From: Devosia sp. | Lineage (GTDB): Bacteria > Pseudomonadota > Alphaproteobacteria > Rhizobiales > Devosiaceae | Direction: 5' to 3' | DNA: 64,000 nucleotides | NCBI RefSeq assembly: GCF_036406155.1 | Contig: NZ_DASWVV010000074.1 | Span: forward strand, 4,005-68,004 | Shown here: positions 18,978 through 31,597 of the stretch, one piece after another | Numbering within the stretch: position 1 is the first letter of the stretch | Layout: every line of letters begins with the position of its first letter | Made by a program: the position numbers and the translations under genes | Notes under the pieces: model-generated | The model's input: the letters and a program-made list of their open reading frames with translations, nothing else | Database searches by the model: none | What the model was told of the DNA's origin: nothing

Positions 18978-21344
18978 TCAGTCCCTCGTCTTGAGAACGG
19001 CGATCATGTCGAGGCCGGCGATGCGGCGCTGGACAAAATAGGCGGAAAACGTCGCAGCGGCGAGCACGGCCACGCCGGCCATGGCGTAGGTCGAGCGGTT
19101 GATCACCAGCGGTATGCGGAACAGCTCGCTCTCGAAGCCGCCATTGACCACCAGCCACGACAGGCCGTAGCCGACGACCCAGCCGAGCGGGATGGACAAC
19201 ACGATGAGAAGCGCCAGCTCGCTGAGCAGGATCATCGAGACCTCCGCGATGGTGAAGCCCAGCACGCGCAGGCTGGCGAGTTCGCGGGCGCGCTCGGAGA
19301 GCTGGATGCGCATGGCGTTGTAGACGACGCCGAAGACGATGAGGCTCGCCATCAGGACGAGCACCAGGCGCGACGCCCCGATATTCTCCCCGATATAGTC
19401 ACGGAACTTCTGCACGGCCCGCTGCTCGAGCGTCACGCCGGTGATGACCGGCGTCGCCTTGATCGCAGCGAACAGCGCCGGCCACTGCGCATCGTCGACC
19501 ATGAGGCTGACCATGTCGGCGAGCGACGCCTCGCCCAGCAGCCGGTTGAGGGCGCCGATCTCCATGTAGGCGCCGAGGCCGATGAACTGTTGCACCACCT
19601 CGGACACGGTCTCGGTGAGCACGCGCCCGCTGCCGTCCATCAGTTCGATGCTGACCGCGTCCCCCGGCCGGACCCCGAGCAGCCCGGCCATCGTCTCGGT
19701 CAGCAGCAGCCCGTGCTCGGGCAGCACCACGGCGTCCAGCCGGGCGTCCAGCACCCGGCTGAGATCGGTATGGGCGGGCTTGCCGACCAGCGCCGCGCGC
19801 TTGCTGCGCAGCCCGTGGCGGAACACCACCGGGACGGCCCGCGCCGGCTCGGCCGCCAGCACCCCCGGCAGCCGCCTGGTGGCCTCGAGCCCGCCGGGGC
19901 CGACCGCGCGCGCCAGCACCAGGCTCGCATCCTGCCGCTCCGCCCGGAAATAGGTGGCATCGATCAGGAAATCGACGGAGTCCTCGGCGAACATGCCGCC
20001 GACGAGGAGCGCGGTGGCGAGCACGATGCCGAGCGCCGTCAGTGCGGCCCGCAGCGGCCGGCGCACGAGGTTGCGGATGGCCATGGTCAGCGCCTTGGGC
20101 AGGCGGCCGACACGGGCATAGCGGTCGAACAGCGAGCGCGTATAGACCGGGGGCACCGGCGGCGACATGGCCACCGCCGGCGGCAGCCGTACCGTGGACA
20201 GCACCGCCTGCACGCAACCCAGGGCGGCCGCCAGCAGGGCCGCGAGCCCGGAAATGGCGAATACGTCCGGCCGCTCGTCGAACAACAGGAACGGGAACTT
20301 GTAGAACTCGGCGTAGACCCCGGCCAGCAGGCGGCCGAGCCAGGCCCCGAGGCCCCAGCCGATGACCACGCCCACCGCGGCGATCAGCAGGGCCAGTTTG
20401 ACATAGTGCCAGGCGATGGTGGCCGAGCCGTAGCCGATGGCCTTGAACAGGCCGATCTGCTCGCGCTCGAGCGTGACGAGCCGCCCCAGCGTCATGTTGA
20501 CGAGGAAGGCCGCGACGCCGAGGAAGATCGGGGGCAGCACGAAGTTCATCGCCTCGAGCTGGCTGAGTTCGGAGGCGAGGAAGGCGTGCGAAGTCTGCTG
20601 GTCGCGCCCGTAGGCGCCGGCGCCGCCATAGGGGCGCAGCAACTCGTCGAGGGCGGCGATGACCGCGCGCGCCTCGGCGCCGCGCGCCAGTTGCACGCTC
20701 AGCGCGTTGAAATCGCCCTGCATGGCGAAACTCGCCGCCGCCGCCGTGTACGGCATCCAGATGACGCCGAAGCGGCGATCGTCGGGCAGGAACTCGCCCG
20801 GCGCCACCGAGTAGACGAACTCGGGCGAGAGCGCGATGCCGGTGACGAGCAACTCGCGCCTGTCACCGTCCATGATCGCCGACAGGGTGGCGCCCGGGCG
20901 AAGGCGCTGCGCCGCCGCAAAGGTGCCGGACACCACCACCTCCCCGGCCCGGCCCGGCTCCGGCAGGCGCCCCTCGAGCAGGTGCAGGGCGTTGAGCCGG
21001 GGCTCGCCCAGGTCGGGAATGGAGAGCACGAGGCCGTTGGCCGGCTCGGCCATGCCTTCGATGTCGAGGATGATGCGCTTCTGGATGCGGCCCTCGGCGA
21101 CGGCAACGCCCGCAAGGCCGGCGACCCGGTCGACGACGGGGCCGGGAATGCGCGTCGCCGTGGCGAACACATCGGCGAAGCGGTAGCGCTCGTAATAGGC
21201 CTGCTGCGTCTCGCTCAGCGAGCGCAGCGTGCCGATGCCGATGAGCAGCGTGATCACCCCGGCGGCGGCAACCAGCGCGATGGCCAGGCCCTGCGCCCAC
21301 AGCCGGCCGAGATCGCGGAACAGCTTGCGGTCGAGGGCGCTCAC
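18978..21344 (-). CDS. FtsX/MacB-like ABC permease
   Basis: LDRKLFRDL start, [25 protein letters not shown]; duplicated architecture. Confidence 0.88.
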   Translation of the reverse strand: MSALDRKLFRDLGRLWAQGLAIALVAAAGVITLLIGIGTLRSLSETQQAYYERYRFADVFATATRIPGPVVDRVAGLAGVAVAEGRIQKRIILDIEGMAEPANGLVLSIPDLGEPRLNALHLLEGRLPEPGRAGEVVVSGTFAAAQRLRPGATLSAIMDGDRRELLVTGIALSPEFVYSVAPGEFLPDDRRFGVIWMPYTAAAASFAMQGDFNALSVQLARGAEARAVIAALDELLRPYGGAGAYGRDQQTSHAFLASELSQLEAMNFVLPPIFLGVAAFLVNMTLGRLVTLEREQIGLFKAIGYGSATIAWHYVKLALLIAAVGVVIGWGLGAWLGRLLAGVYAEFYKFPFLLFDERPDVFAISGLAALLAAALGCVQAVLSTVRLPPAVAMSPPVPPVYTRSLFDRYARVGRLPKALTMAIRNLVRRPLRAALTALGIVLATALLVGGMFAEDSVDFLIDATYFRAERQDASLVLARAVGPGGLEATRRLPGVLAAEPARAVPVVFRHGLRSKRAALVGKPAHTDLSRVLDARLDAVVLPEHGLLLTETMAGLLGVRPGDAVSIELMDGSGRVLTETVSEVVQQFIGLGAYMEIGALNRLLGEASLADMVSLMVDDAQWPALFAAIKATPVITGVTLEQRAVQKFRDYIGENIGASRLVLVLMASLIVFGVVYNAMRIQLSERARELASLRVLGFTIAEVSMILLSELALLIVLSIPLGWVVGYGLSWLVVNGGFESELFRIPLVINRSTYAMAGVAVLAAATFSAYFVQRRIAGLDMIAVLKTRD

Positions 21345-22048
21345 CACGACACCTCGGACGGCTTGAGTCGCGTCGGGTTGACGATCTCGTCGACGATGCG
21401 GCCATCGGCCATCAGCAGCACGCGATGCGCGATCTTCTGGATGATGGCGTTGTGGGTGATGATGACCGTGGTGGTGCCGAGCTCGGTGTTGACATGCGTC
21501 AGCGCCTCGAGCACGGCGACGCCGGTCTTGCTGTCGAGCGCACCGGTCGGTTCGTCGCACAGCAGCACGCTCGGGCGCTTGGCGATGGCCCGGGCGATGG
21601 CGACGCGTTGCTGCTCGCCACCCGAGAGCTGCGCCGGGAAGTGCTCGGCGCGGTCGGCGAGGCCGACGCGGGCCAGCGCCTCCTCGGGCCGCATCGGGTG
21701 GGATGCGATCTCGGTGACCAGCGACACGTTCTCGCGCGCCGTGAGGCTGGGCACGAGGTTGTAGAACTGGAACACGAAGCCGACATGGTCGCGCCGATAG
21801 CGGGTGAGCCCGGCGTCGCTCAGCGCCGTCAGTTCGTGCTCCTCGAACCAGGCCTGGCCCGAACTCGCGCGGTCGAGGCCGCCCAGGATGTTGAGCAGCG
21901 TCGACTTGCCGGAGCCCGAGGGACCGAGGATGGCGGTGAATTCCCCCGCCGGCAGGATGAGGTCGGTCCCCCGCAGCGCCTGCACCGCGGTATCGCCGCT
22001 GCCATAGGTCTTGGTCAGCTGCACGGTGCGAAACGCGGTGGCGCCCAT
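21341..22048 (-). CDS. ABC transporter ATP-binding protein (MacB/LolD-like)
   Basis: [40 protein letters not shown]. Confidence 0.92.
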   Translation of the reverse strand: MGATAFRTVQLTKTYGSGDTAVQALRGTDLILPAGEFTAILGPSGSGKSTLLNILGGLDRASSGQAWFEEHELTALSDAGLTRYRRDHVGFVFQFYNLVPSLTARENVSLVTEIASHPMRPEEALARVGLADRAEHFPAQLSGGEQQRVAIARAIAKRPSVLLCDEPTGALDSKTGVAVLEALTHVNTELGTTTVIITHNAIIQKIAHRVLLMADGRIVDEIVNPTRLKPSEVSW

Positions 22049-22059
22049 GGTCGCGGCAG

Positions 22060-22386
22060 CTATTCCAGCGACTTCAGGTAGACGACGATGGCCTCGGCCT
22101 GGTCGGGGTCGAATTCGAACTCGGGCATCTCGGGATGGGCGGTGACGATGCCCTCGACCAGCGCCTCGCTGAGGAACGCGACGTCGTAGCGCAGATGCAG
22201 GTCGCGGAAGCGGGGGGCGATGTCGAGCGGGCTCTCGCCCGTCGGCCCGATGGCGTGGCAATCGGCGCAATAGGTGGTGACCAGTTGCCGGCCCTGCGCC
22301 ACCGCCGGATCCTCCGCGGGCGAGCAGCCGAACAGGGCAGCGACCGCGACGAGGCCGCCAATAGCGGCCCATTGCTCCACGCTCAT
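22060..22386 (-). CDS. Small monoheme cytochrome c (probable lipoprotein)
   Basis: Lipobox-like LFGC, CADCH heme motif, HPEMP axial Met; SD AAGGGAGG. Confidence 0.88.
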   Translation of the reverse strand: MSVEQWAAIGGLVAVAALFGCSPAEDPAVAQGRQLVTTYCADCHAIGPTGESPLDIAPRFRDLHLRYDVAFLSEALVEGIVTAHPEMPEFEFDPDQAEAIVVYLKSLE

Positions 22387-22465
22387 CGCAGTCCTCCCTT
22401 CGTGGCCGACCCGGCCCATCTCAGCCGATTCTATCCGCACAATGCCGGCGGCGCGAGAGCGCGCC

Positions 22466-22479
22466 TTGACCGGCATCAA
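22466..22479. promoter_or_regulatory. FNR/FixK box upstream of the cytochrome c-ABC operon
   Basis: TTGAC-CGGC-ATCAA, one mismatch to consensus. Confidence 0.75.
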
Positions 22480-22580
22480 CCCCGCTCCGGCGACCTGGGC
22501 GCGGCGCCGCCGTCGGATTCGCCGGGCACGGGGAACCGGCACCCCCGCTCGCGCTTTGATAAGCGAAAGGACGGTTCATC

Positions 22581-23345
22581 ATGCGCAGCCTGCCCCGGAT
22601 GTCCCATTGGCCCCTGATCGCGGCAGCGGGCGTTGCCGCCCTCCTGCTGATCCCCGGCGACGAGACCCGGCAGCCCGCCGCGAGCCTTGCGCTGGGAAGC
22701 GACGGCGGCGCGCCGGAGGCGACGGGCTCCCTGCCCGATGCGCTGACCGTTGCCGCCCCGACTCTGCCGGCATCAGCGCCGCAGCCGATGCCCCCGCCGC
22801 TCGCGCCGGAGCGCAGCGGCACGGTGGCGGTCGCGTCGATCGCGCCGGCTGCCCCCGTCCCCGCCGCGCCCGCACCGGAAGCAACGGTCGAGGCCCCCGC
22901 CCGCACGCTCTGGGTGGGGCGCAGCGCCGTCAACGTCCGGGCCGGCCCGTCGGCCTCGACGGCCAAGCTATTCGTGCTGAAGCCGGGCCAGAAGGTCAGC
23001 GCCTCAGAGACCTCCGGCGGCTGGACCCTGGTTGTCGCCGACAACGGCGACAGCGGCTGGGTGTCCTCGCGCTATCTTTCGGAAACGGCGACGCCCGAGC
23101 GCCTGACCCCGCCCAAGGCGAAGCGAAAACTGGTCGAGGCGGAGCAGCCGCGGCAGGTGCGACAACTGCAGTTCGCCCGCATCGGGAGCCCCCTCATGCT
23201 GCGGGCGGGCCCGTCGCGCCTCGCGCCCCTGCTGTTCACGCTCCGGCGCGGCGAGCGCATCGCCGTGCTCGAGACGCGCGGGCGCTGGGTCCGCGTGATG
23301 CTCGAGGACGGCTTGTCGGCCTGGGCCGACGCCCGCGACCTGTAG
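22581..23345 (+). CDS. SH3b-domain protein (membrane anchor, Pro/Ala linker, two bacterial SH3 domains)
   Basis: VNVRAGPS...GWVSSRYL and LMLRAGPS...AWADARDL. Confidence 0.8.
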   Translation: MRSLPRMSHWPLIAAAGVAALLLIPGDETRQPAASLALGSDGGAPEATGSLPDALTVAAPTLPASAPQPMPPPLAPERSGTVAVASIAPAAPVPAAPAPEATVEAPARTLWVGRSAVNVRAGPSASTAKLFVLKPGQKVSASETSGGWTLVVADNGDSGWVSSRYLSETATPERLTPPKAKRKLVEAEQPRQVRQLQFARIGSPLMLRAGPSRLAPLLFTLRRGERIAVLETRGRWVRVMLEDGLSAWADARDL

Positions 23346-23369
23346 GCCGCGCGGCGCCCGGCCGAAAGG

Positions 23370-23939
23370 TCAGTCCTTGGCGCGCTCGACGTAGGAGCCA
23401 TCCTCGGTCATCACCACGATGCGGGTGCCCACGCCGATATGCGGCGGCACCATGGTCTTGATGCCGTTGTTGAGGATGGCGGGCTTGAACGAGGACGAGG
23501 CGGTCTGCCCCTTCACCACGGGCTCGGTCTCGACCACCTCCAGCGTCACGCGCTGCGGCAGTTCGATGGCCAGTGCCGTACCCTCGAAGGTCTTGAGAAA
23601 GACCAGCATGCCGTCGTTGAGATAGGCCTTCTGGTCGCCGATGACGTCGGCCGGGACGGCGATCTGCTCGTAGCTTTCCGGGTTCATGAAATGGAAGCCC
23701 TCGGCGTCCTCGTAGAGGTACTGGTACTCGCGCTCGTCGACGTCGGCCTTTTCCACCATCTCGGTCGTGCGCCACCGCTCCGACACCTTCACGCCATCGG
23801 TGATGCGGCGCATGTCGACCTGGGTGACCGAGGCACCCTTGCCCGGGTGGATGTTCTCGGAGGTAAGGATGACATAGAGCTTGCCGTCCTGCTCGACGAC
23901 GTTGCCCTTGCGCAGCGACGAGGCGATGACCTTTACCAT
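23370..23939 (-). CDS. efp: Elongation factor P
   Basis: HPGKG loop with the modifiable Lys, [24 protein letters not shown]. Confidence 0.96.
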   Translation of the reverse strand: MVKVIASSLRKGNVVEQDGKLYVILTSENIHPGKGASVTQVDMRRITDGVKVSERWRTTEMVEKADVDEREYQYLYEDAEGFHFMNPESYEQIAVPADVIGDQKAYLNDGMLVFLKTFEGTALAIELPQRVTLEVVETEPVVKGQTASSSFKPAILNNGIKTMVPPHIGVGTRIVVMTEDGSYVERAKD

Positions 23940-24081
23940 TACTTCTTCCTTGTTCCAGCGGTGGCGGCGGCCTAGATGAATGGCCATTCGGCCCGGCCGC
24001 GCGCATCTGTCTCGTGTTTCGCTGCCGCCGATAGCGCAAATCCGCCAAAACCGCCAGTCCCGAGCACGAAAGACGCCGCTC

Positions 24082-25152
24082 TTGCCCTCCTCGCCCCCTT
24101 CACCGCCGGTCTCCCCGTGGTGGACACCGGCGGTGCATGCCGACCGCCGGCCCGTGTTGCTGGCCCGCAACCGGATCGAGGCGGCGGCCAGAAGCTACTT
24201 TGCCGAGCATGACTTCGTGATCGTCGATCCCCCGGGCCTGCAGCGCTCGCCGGGCAACGAAACCCATTTGCACGCCTTTTCGACCCTCGCTACCGGCAAC
24301 GACGGCACGCAGTTTCCGCTGTATCTGCATACCTCGCCCGAGTTCACCATGAAGAAGCTGCTGGCGGCCGGCGAGCGGCGCATCGCCAGCATCGGGCACG
24401 TGTGGCGCAACCGCGAGCGGGGCCCCCTGCACCACCCCGAGTTCACCATGCTCGAGTGGTACCGTGCCGGGGAGCCCTACGAGGCGGTGATGAGCGACTG
24501 CATCGCCATGCTCCGCCTCGCGGCCCGGGCAGCGGGGTCGCCGACGCTGCGCTGGCGCGGGCGCGCCTGCGATCCGCACGCCGAAGCGGAACGGCTGAGC
24601 GTTGCCGACGCGTTCGCGCGCCATGCGGGCATCGACCTGCTCGCCACCCTGGATGCGAGCGGCGCCACCGATGGCGAGGCGCTGGCGGGGCAGATGCGTG
24701 ACGCCGGGCTGACGGTCCCCGACGATCGCGGCTGGAGCTACCTGTTCAGCCGCATCCTGGTCGAAAAGATCGAGCCGAACCTGGGGCTGGGCCGGCCCAC
24801 CCTGCTCGATCTCTATCCCGCCTCCGAGGCGGCGCTGGCGCGCCGGTCGCCCACCGATGCCCGCGTGGCGGAGCGCTTCGAGCTCTACGCCTGCGGCGTC
24901 GAACTCGCGAACGGCTTCGGCGAACTGACCGACGCCGAGGAGCAGCGCCGCCGCTTCGCCGCCGAGATGGACGAAAAGCAGCGCCTCTACGGCGAGCGCT
25001 ATCCGCTCGACGAGGACTTCCTCGCCGCCCTCGCCGGCATGCCCGCGGCGAGCGGGGTGGCGCTCGGCTTCGACCGGCTGGTGATGCTGGCGACGGGCGC
25101 CAGCCGCATCGACCAGGTGCTGTGGGCGCCGGTGGCCGAGGCGCTGGCATGA
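24082..25152 (+). CDS. epmA: EF-P beta-lysyl ligase EpmA (PoxA/GenX)
   Basis: [52 protein letters not shown]; TTG start is approximate. Confidence 0.92.
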   Translation: MPSSPPSPPVSPWWTPAVHADRRPVLLARNRIEAAARSYFAEHDFVIVDPPGLQRSPGNETHLHAFSTLATGNDGTQFPLYLHTSPEFTMKKLLAAGERRIASIGHVWRNRERGPLHHPEFTMLEWYRAGEPYEAVMSDCIAMLRLAARAAGSPTLRWRGRACDPHAEAERLSVADAFARHAGIDLLATLDASGATDGEALAGQMRDAGLTVPDDRGWSYLFSRILVEKIEPNLGLGRPTLLDLYPASEAALARRSPTDARVAERFELYACGVELANGFGELTDAEEQRRRFAAEMDEKQRLYGERYPLDEDFLAALAGMPAASGVALGFDRLVMLATGASRIDQVLWAPVAEALA

Positions 25153-26207
25153 GCCGGCCGCTGCGCACGCCGCAGGATCTGATCGAGGCCGGCCTCGCCG
25201 CGCCGGAGCGGCGCGCCGAACTCGAGGCGGTGGCAGAACGCTACACCCTCGCCATCCCTCCCGCCATGGCCGAGCTGATCGATCCCGATGACCCCAACGA
25301 CCCGATCGCGCGGCAGTTCGTGCCCAGCGGCGCCGAGCTCGAGACCACACTCGAGGAACGCGCGGACCCCATCGGCGACCTCAGCCACTCGCCGGTCGAG
25401 GGCATCGTCCACCGCTATCCCGACCGCGTGCTGCTCAAGGCCGTGCATGTCTGCCCGGTCTATTGCCGCTTCTGCTTCCGCCGCGAGATGATCGGGCCGC
25501 AGGGGCTGGGGACGCTGTCGCCGGAGGCGCTGGCTCGGGCCCTCGGCTATATCGCCGAGCACGAGGAGATCTGGGAGGTGATCCTCACCGGCGGCGACCC
25601 GCTGGTGCTCTCCGCGCGGCGGCTCGCCGAGTTGATCGCCCCGCTCGGCGCCATCGGCCACGTCCAGGTGGTGCGCATCCATTCGCGCGTGCCGGTGGTC
25701 GAGCCCGAGCGCATCGACGCCGAGCTGATCTCGGCGCTCAAGGCGAGCGGCCGCAGCACCTATGTCGCCGTGCACGCCAACCACCCGCGCGAACTGACGG
25801 CGGCGGCGCGTGCTGCCTGTGCGCGGCTGGCCGATTCCGGCATCGTGCTGCTCGGCCAGTCGGTGCTGCTCAAGGGAGTGAACGACGACCCCGACACGCT
25901 GGCGCAACTGCTGCGGGCCATGGTCGAGACGCGGATCAAGCCCTACTACCTGCACCACCCCGACCTCGCCCCGGGCACCAGCCACTTCCGTCTCTCCATC
26001 GAGGAGGGCCGTAAGCTGGTGGCGGGGCTGCGCGGCCGCATTTCCGGGCTGTGCCAGCCCACCTACATCCTCGATATCCCCGGCGGGCACGGCAAGGCCT
26101 CGATCGGGCCGAGCGCGCTGGTGCCGCGCGGCGACGGCTGCTTCACCGTCACCGACTTCAACGGGCAGGAGCACGTCTACCCGCCCGCGGGCACGGAGTC
26201 GGCCTGA
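25149..26207 (+). CDS. epmB: Lysine 2,3-aminomutase (EpmB/KamA radical SAM)
   Basis: HRYPDRVLL, CPVYCRFCFRR, LTGGDPL, QSVLLKGVND; ATGA overlap with epmA. Confidence 0.93.
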   Translation: MSRPLRTPQDLIEAGLAAPERRAELEAVAERYTLAIPPAMAELIDPDDPNDPIARQFVPSGAELETTLEERADPIGDLSHSPVEGIVHRYPDRVLLKAVHVCPVYCRFCFRREMIGPQGLGTLSPEALARALGYIAEHEEIWEVILTGGDPLVLSARRLAELIAPLGAIGHVQVVRIHSRVPVVEPERIDAELISALKASGRSTYVAVHANHPRELTAAARAACARLADSGIVLLGQSVLLKGVNDDPDTLAQLLRAMVETRIKPYYLHHPDLAPGTSHFRLSIEEGRKLVAGLRGRISGLCQPTYILDIPGGHGKASIGPSALVPRGDGCFTVTDFNGQEHVYPPAGTESA

Positions 26208-26221
26208 GCCCGCGGCGCTGC

Positions 26222-26587
26222 TCAGTGCACGGTACGCGGCAGCGGCATCACCCGTTCGAGCTGGCCCAGCTGCAGGGGCTTGACCAGCACCGGCACGTGC
26301 GGATGGGTGTCGCGCAGCAGCTCGGCGGCGTGGGCGGTGACGAACACGAACGGGATGCCGCGCTCCTCGAGCGCCTCGGCGATCGGCAGCGCATCGGCGC
26401 CGCCGCCCAGATCGAAGTCGAGCAGCGCGAAATCCACCTGCTCGCTCTCGGCCATGGCGATGCCGGAATCGAGCGTGCGCGACGAGGCGACGACGGTGCA
26501 GCCGAGGTGCCGCACCATCTCCTCCATCATCATCTCGACGATCCCTTCGTCTTCGACGATGAGTACGCGCAACGGGTCGGGTTTCAT
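26222..26587 (-). CDS. Single-domain response regulator (FAT GUY-like)
   Basis: LIVEDE, LLDFDLG, IPFVFVTAH, LVKP. Confidence 0.85.
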   Translation of the reverse strand: MKPDPLRVLIVEDEGIVEMMMEEMVRHLGCTVVASSRTLDSGIAMAESEQVDFALLDFDLGGGADALPIAEALEERGIPFVFVTAHAAELLRDTHPHVPVLVKPLQLGQLERVMPLPRTVH

Positions 26588-26652
26588 CACTGCCTCCGCC
26601 TTCCGGTGCCACCGGAACGCACCCGGCCCGAGGCCGGTTCCGCGGCAGGCGG

Positions 26653-28065
26653 TCAGTCCAGCGTGCGCAGGAACTGCGTGGCCGCCTCGAAGCGCCGGCG
26701 CAGGCGCGCGACGCGCTCCCCGCGCCCGGCCCGGGGGGCGACGGAGCGGACCCGCAGCGACGCGGTCTCGGCATAGCCCAGGGCCTTGGCCGCGATGCGG
26801 AAGGCACCGAGGCTGGTGGCGCTGGCCGGGGCCGCGGGGATGGTGACCTCGGCGTCGAGCACGTCGGCGATGACCGCCGGCCAGGTGGCGCTGCGCGCGC
26901 CGCCGCCGACCAGGCTCACCCGCCCGCCACGCTGTCCGCCCATGGCGTCGAGATTGGCGGCGATGGCGAAGGCGACGCCCTCGAGTACGGCGTAGTACAG
27001 GCTCCCCGCCCCGTCCGCGGCCGAGATGCCGGTGAACCCGCCGCGCAGGTCGAGATCGACGAAGGGGGAACGTTCGCCGCTCAGATAGGGCAGGAACACG
27101 ACGTCGGCGGGTTGCGCATCGGCGGCCGCCGCCAGGCGCTCGGCGGCGGGCAGGTCGATGCCCAGCGCGTCGCGCGCCCATTGTGCCGCCGCCCCGGCCG
27201 AGATGATCGGCGCGATCTCGATGACGCCGTCGATCAGCGGGTGCGGCAGCCGGTAGAACGGGCGCGGCGCCGGGTCGCTTCCGGCCGCGACGCGGGCCAC
27301 CCAGCCACTGGTGCCCAGATAGAGGCTGACGTCGTCGGCCTGCTCGGCGCCGCTGCCGATGGTGGTCGCGGCGCCGTCGCCGCAGCCGTTGATCACCGGG
27401 ATCCCCGGCTGCAGATCGAGCGCCGCGGCGGCGGCGTGGGCGAGCGGGCCGACGATGGCGGTGGCCGGCAGGATCGCCGGCAACCGGTCCCGCGCGACGC
27501 CGAACAGATCCAGCAGCGGCTCGGACCACTGGCGCGAGCGCACGTCCATGAGCCCGGTGGTCGCTGCGCAACTGGCGTCGGTCACGGCCCGCCCCGTCAG
27601 TCCGTGGAGCAGGAAATCCTTGGACCCGGGCAGGAACCAGCGGGCCGCCTCGAAATGCTTTGGTGCGTTGTCGCGCAGCCAGGCAAGCTTGAAGGCCGTC
27701 ATCAGCGGCTCGGGGGCGTTGCCGGTGATGCCGGCCGCATCGATGCCCTCGAGCCCGGCCCGCATGCGGTCGAGATAGGGCGCTCCGCACGGATCGGTAT
27801 AGAGCAGCGCCTCGCCCAGCGGCGCGCCGTCGGCGGCGATCGGGATCAGGTTTTCCATCGTGCCGCTGAGCGCAACCGCGTGGCAGTTGAGGGGAGGCAG
27901 GTCGTGCATGGCCGCGACCGCCGCCTGCCACCAGCTTTCCGGCGAGGCGCGATGTTCCGTGGCCCCGGCATACTCCGCCTGCGCCGTCGCGGCGATGCTG
28001 CCGTCCGGGGCGAAGGCCGTCGCCTTGAGCGCCGAGCTGCCGCAATCGAGGACAAGGATGGTCAT
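26653..28065 (-). CDS. FGGY-family sugar kinase (xylulokinase-like)
   Basis: LDCGSSALKA, YLGTSGW, FLPYLSGERSP, VLEGVAF, VGGGARS. Confidence 0.88.
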   Translation of the reverse strand: MTILVLDCGSSALKATAFAPDGSIAATAQAEYAGATEHRASPESWWQAAVAAMHDLPPLNCHAVALSGTMENLIPIAADGAPLGEALLYTDPCGAPYLDRMRAGLEGIDAAGITGNAPEPLMTAFKLAWLRDNAPKHFEAARWFLPGSKDFLLHGLTGRAVTDASCAATTGLMDVRSRQWSEPLLDLFGVARDRLPAILPATAIVGPLAHAAAAALDLQPGIPVINGCGDGAATTIGSGAEQADDVSLYLGTSGWVARVAAGSDPAPRPFYRLPHPLIDGVIEIAPIISAGAAAQWARDALGIDLPAAERLAAAADAQPADVVFLPYLSGERSPFVDLDLRGGFTGISAADGAGSLYYAVLEGVAFAIAANLDAMGGQRGGRVSLVGGGARSATWPAVIADVLDAEVTIPAAPASATSLGAFRIAAKALGYAETASLRVRSVAPRAGRGERVARLRRRFEAATQFLRTLD

Positions 28066-28993
28066 GCGGCCCTCCGCCCAAAGCGGCGCAGGAGCACCGC
28101 GACGATGATGATGACGCCGGTCAGGATGCGCTGGATGAAGGGCTCCACCCCGACGATGGTCATGCCGTTGACCATCACCCCGGTAATGGCGACGCCGAGC
28201 AGCGTGCCGGCGACCGTCGGGGCGCCCGTGGGCGAGGCGGTGGTGCCGATGAACACCGCCGCATAGGCGGGCAGCAGCAGCGGCTCGCCCATGGTGTGCT
28301 GGACGCTGCCCAGGCGCGCCGCGAGCAGCAGCCCGGCAAGGGCGGAAAGTCCGCCGGCGGCGGCGAAGGTGACGACCACGTCGCGCCGCACCGGCAGGCC
28401 GGCGAGGCGCGCCGCCTGCGCATTGCCGCCGATCGCCCGCAGGTGACGCCCGAACTCGGTCTGCGCCAGGACGAAGCCCGCCGCCCCCAGTACGCCGGCG
28501 ATCCACAGCGCGAGCACGGGGATGCCGAACAGGTCGCCGCGGCCCAGCGCCTTGAAGCCGTCAGGCACCTGGCGGAACAGGCTTTCGCCGCCCGACAGGC
28601 CGAAGGCGAGGCCCGACAGCACGGTGCCGAGCGCCAGCGTCGCCACGAAGGAGGGGATGCCGTAGCGCGCCACCAGCACGCCGTTGAGCGCCCCCGCGGC
28701 GATACCGGCGGCCAGCGCCGCGAGGACCGCGAGCCAGACGTCGTAACCCTGCGCGAACAGCACGAAGCAGATGACGGCGGCGAGCGACGCCGCAAAGCCG
28801 ACGGAAAGATCGAACTCGCCGATGGTCATCACCAGCGTCGCGGCGGTGGCGACGATGGCGAGCGTCGCCATCTGCTGCACCAGGTTGAACAAATTGGCCG
28901 GGCTGGCAAAGGCCTGCGGCGCGGCGAGCGAGAAACCGACACAGAGCAGGACAAAGGCGATGAGCGTGCCGAAGCGGCTGAGGGTCGAGGGGG

Positions 28994-28997
<4 letters not shown>
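28062..28997 (-). CDS. Monosaccharide ABC permease (RbsC family)
   Basis: GEFDLSVG, IPSFVATL, FGRHLRAIGGNAQAARLAG; TTG start overlaps the ATPase stop. Confidence 0.88.
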
Positions 28998-30493
<1,496 letters not shown>

Positions 30494-30496
30494 GGC

Positions 30497-31420
30497 TTAG
30501 CAGGTAACCCCGAGGCTCTCGCGGGTGATCAGCTCGACCGGCGCGTAGAGTTCGGCCTGCGTCGGCGAGGCCCCGGCGAAGATGTTGCTGAGCTCCTCGG
30601 CGGCGATGTTCGCCATCTCGGCGAAGCCCTGCCGGACGGTGCCGACATAGGCGCTGCACGCCCGGATCAGTTCGATCGCCTCGGGATTGCCGTCGATGCC
30701 GGCAATGACGATGCCCTTGCGCCCAGCGGCCTCGATGGCGAGGTTGGCGCCGATGCCGGGCTCGTCCCACGCCGCCCACACCGCGTCGATGGCCCCCTCG
30801 CCCGGATTGGCGAGCAGGATGGCGTCCATGGCGGCGCGGCTGTCGTCGATCTGGCCGGGCACCTGCACGTAGTGATTGGCCACTTCCTTGACGTTCGGAT
30901 TGGCCTTGAGCGCGTCGTCGAGCGCAATCTCGCGCTGGCGCACCCCGGGATGGGCGGAATGGAAGAAGCGCACGATGTTGCCGGCATCGCCGATCTGCGC
31001 GAACAGGAACTTGGTCATCGTCTCGCCGAGCACGTAGTTGTCGGAGGTGACGTTGAGCACCGTGGCGTCGTTCTTCGCCCCGTCGATGGTGACCACCGGA
31101 ATGCCGGCGGCCTTGGCCTTGTCGACCTGGTCCTGGATCTGCGCCGGATCCACCGAAACCAGCACGATGGCCGCGACACCCGCGGTCGTTGCATCCTCGA
31201 TGCGACTGGCGAACGCGCCCATGTCGCCGGCGGTGTCGACGACATCGACCGCCCAGCCCTTTTCCGCCGCTTTTGCCTTGAAGGCGTCGACCATCTCGGC
31301 GGTCGCCGTGGCCGACAGGTAGGGGGTGATCAGCGACACCTTCTCGCCGGCGGCCAGGGCGGCGCCGGAGGCAGTCGCGAGCATCGTCGCCACGGTCAGC
31401 GACAGCAGGTACTTGTTCAT
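30497..31420 (-). CDS. Monosaccharide ABC substrate-binding protein (RbsB family)
   Basis: Signal peptide, AGIPVVTID, TSDNY, AGIDG; SD GGAGG. Confidence 0.9.
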   Translation of the reverse strand: MNKYLLSLTVATMLATASGAALAAGEKVSLITPYLSATATAEMVDAFKAKAAEKGWAVDVVDTAGDMGAFASRIEDATTAGVAAIVLVSVDPAQIQDQVDKAKAAGIPVVTIDGAKNDATVLNVTSDNYVLGETMTKFLFAQIGDAGNIVRFFHSAHPGVRQREIALDDALKANPNVKEVANHYVQVPGQIDDSRAAMDAILLANPGEGAIDAVWAAWDEPGIGANLAIEAAGRKGIVIAGIDGNPEAIELIRACSAYVGTVRQGFAEMANIAAEELSNIFAGASPTQAELYAPVELITRESLGVTC

Positions 31421-31597
31421 GACAACTCATCCTCCAGGAGGCCCCGAAGCTAACCCGGCGGGCCTGCTTGATCCAAGCGCAATCTGGTGCGCGGCGGCCC
31501 GGCGGGACAGCCGTCGCGGGCGCCGCATTGACAGGACCACAACTGCGTGGGCGTGTGAAGGGCCCGGCAGCCGACGCGGCCGAAGACGGAGGTTCGC

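Noticed and set aside
31468-31482. TTGAT-CCAAG-CGCAA as a sixth FixK box
   Set aside because: Spacer is 5 nt rather than 4, so it does not fit the consensus.
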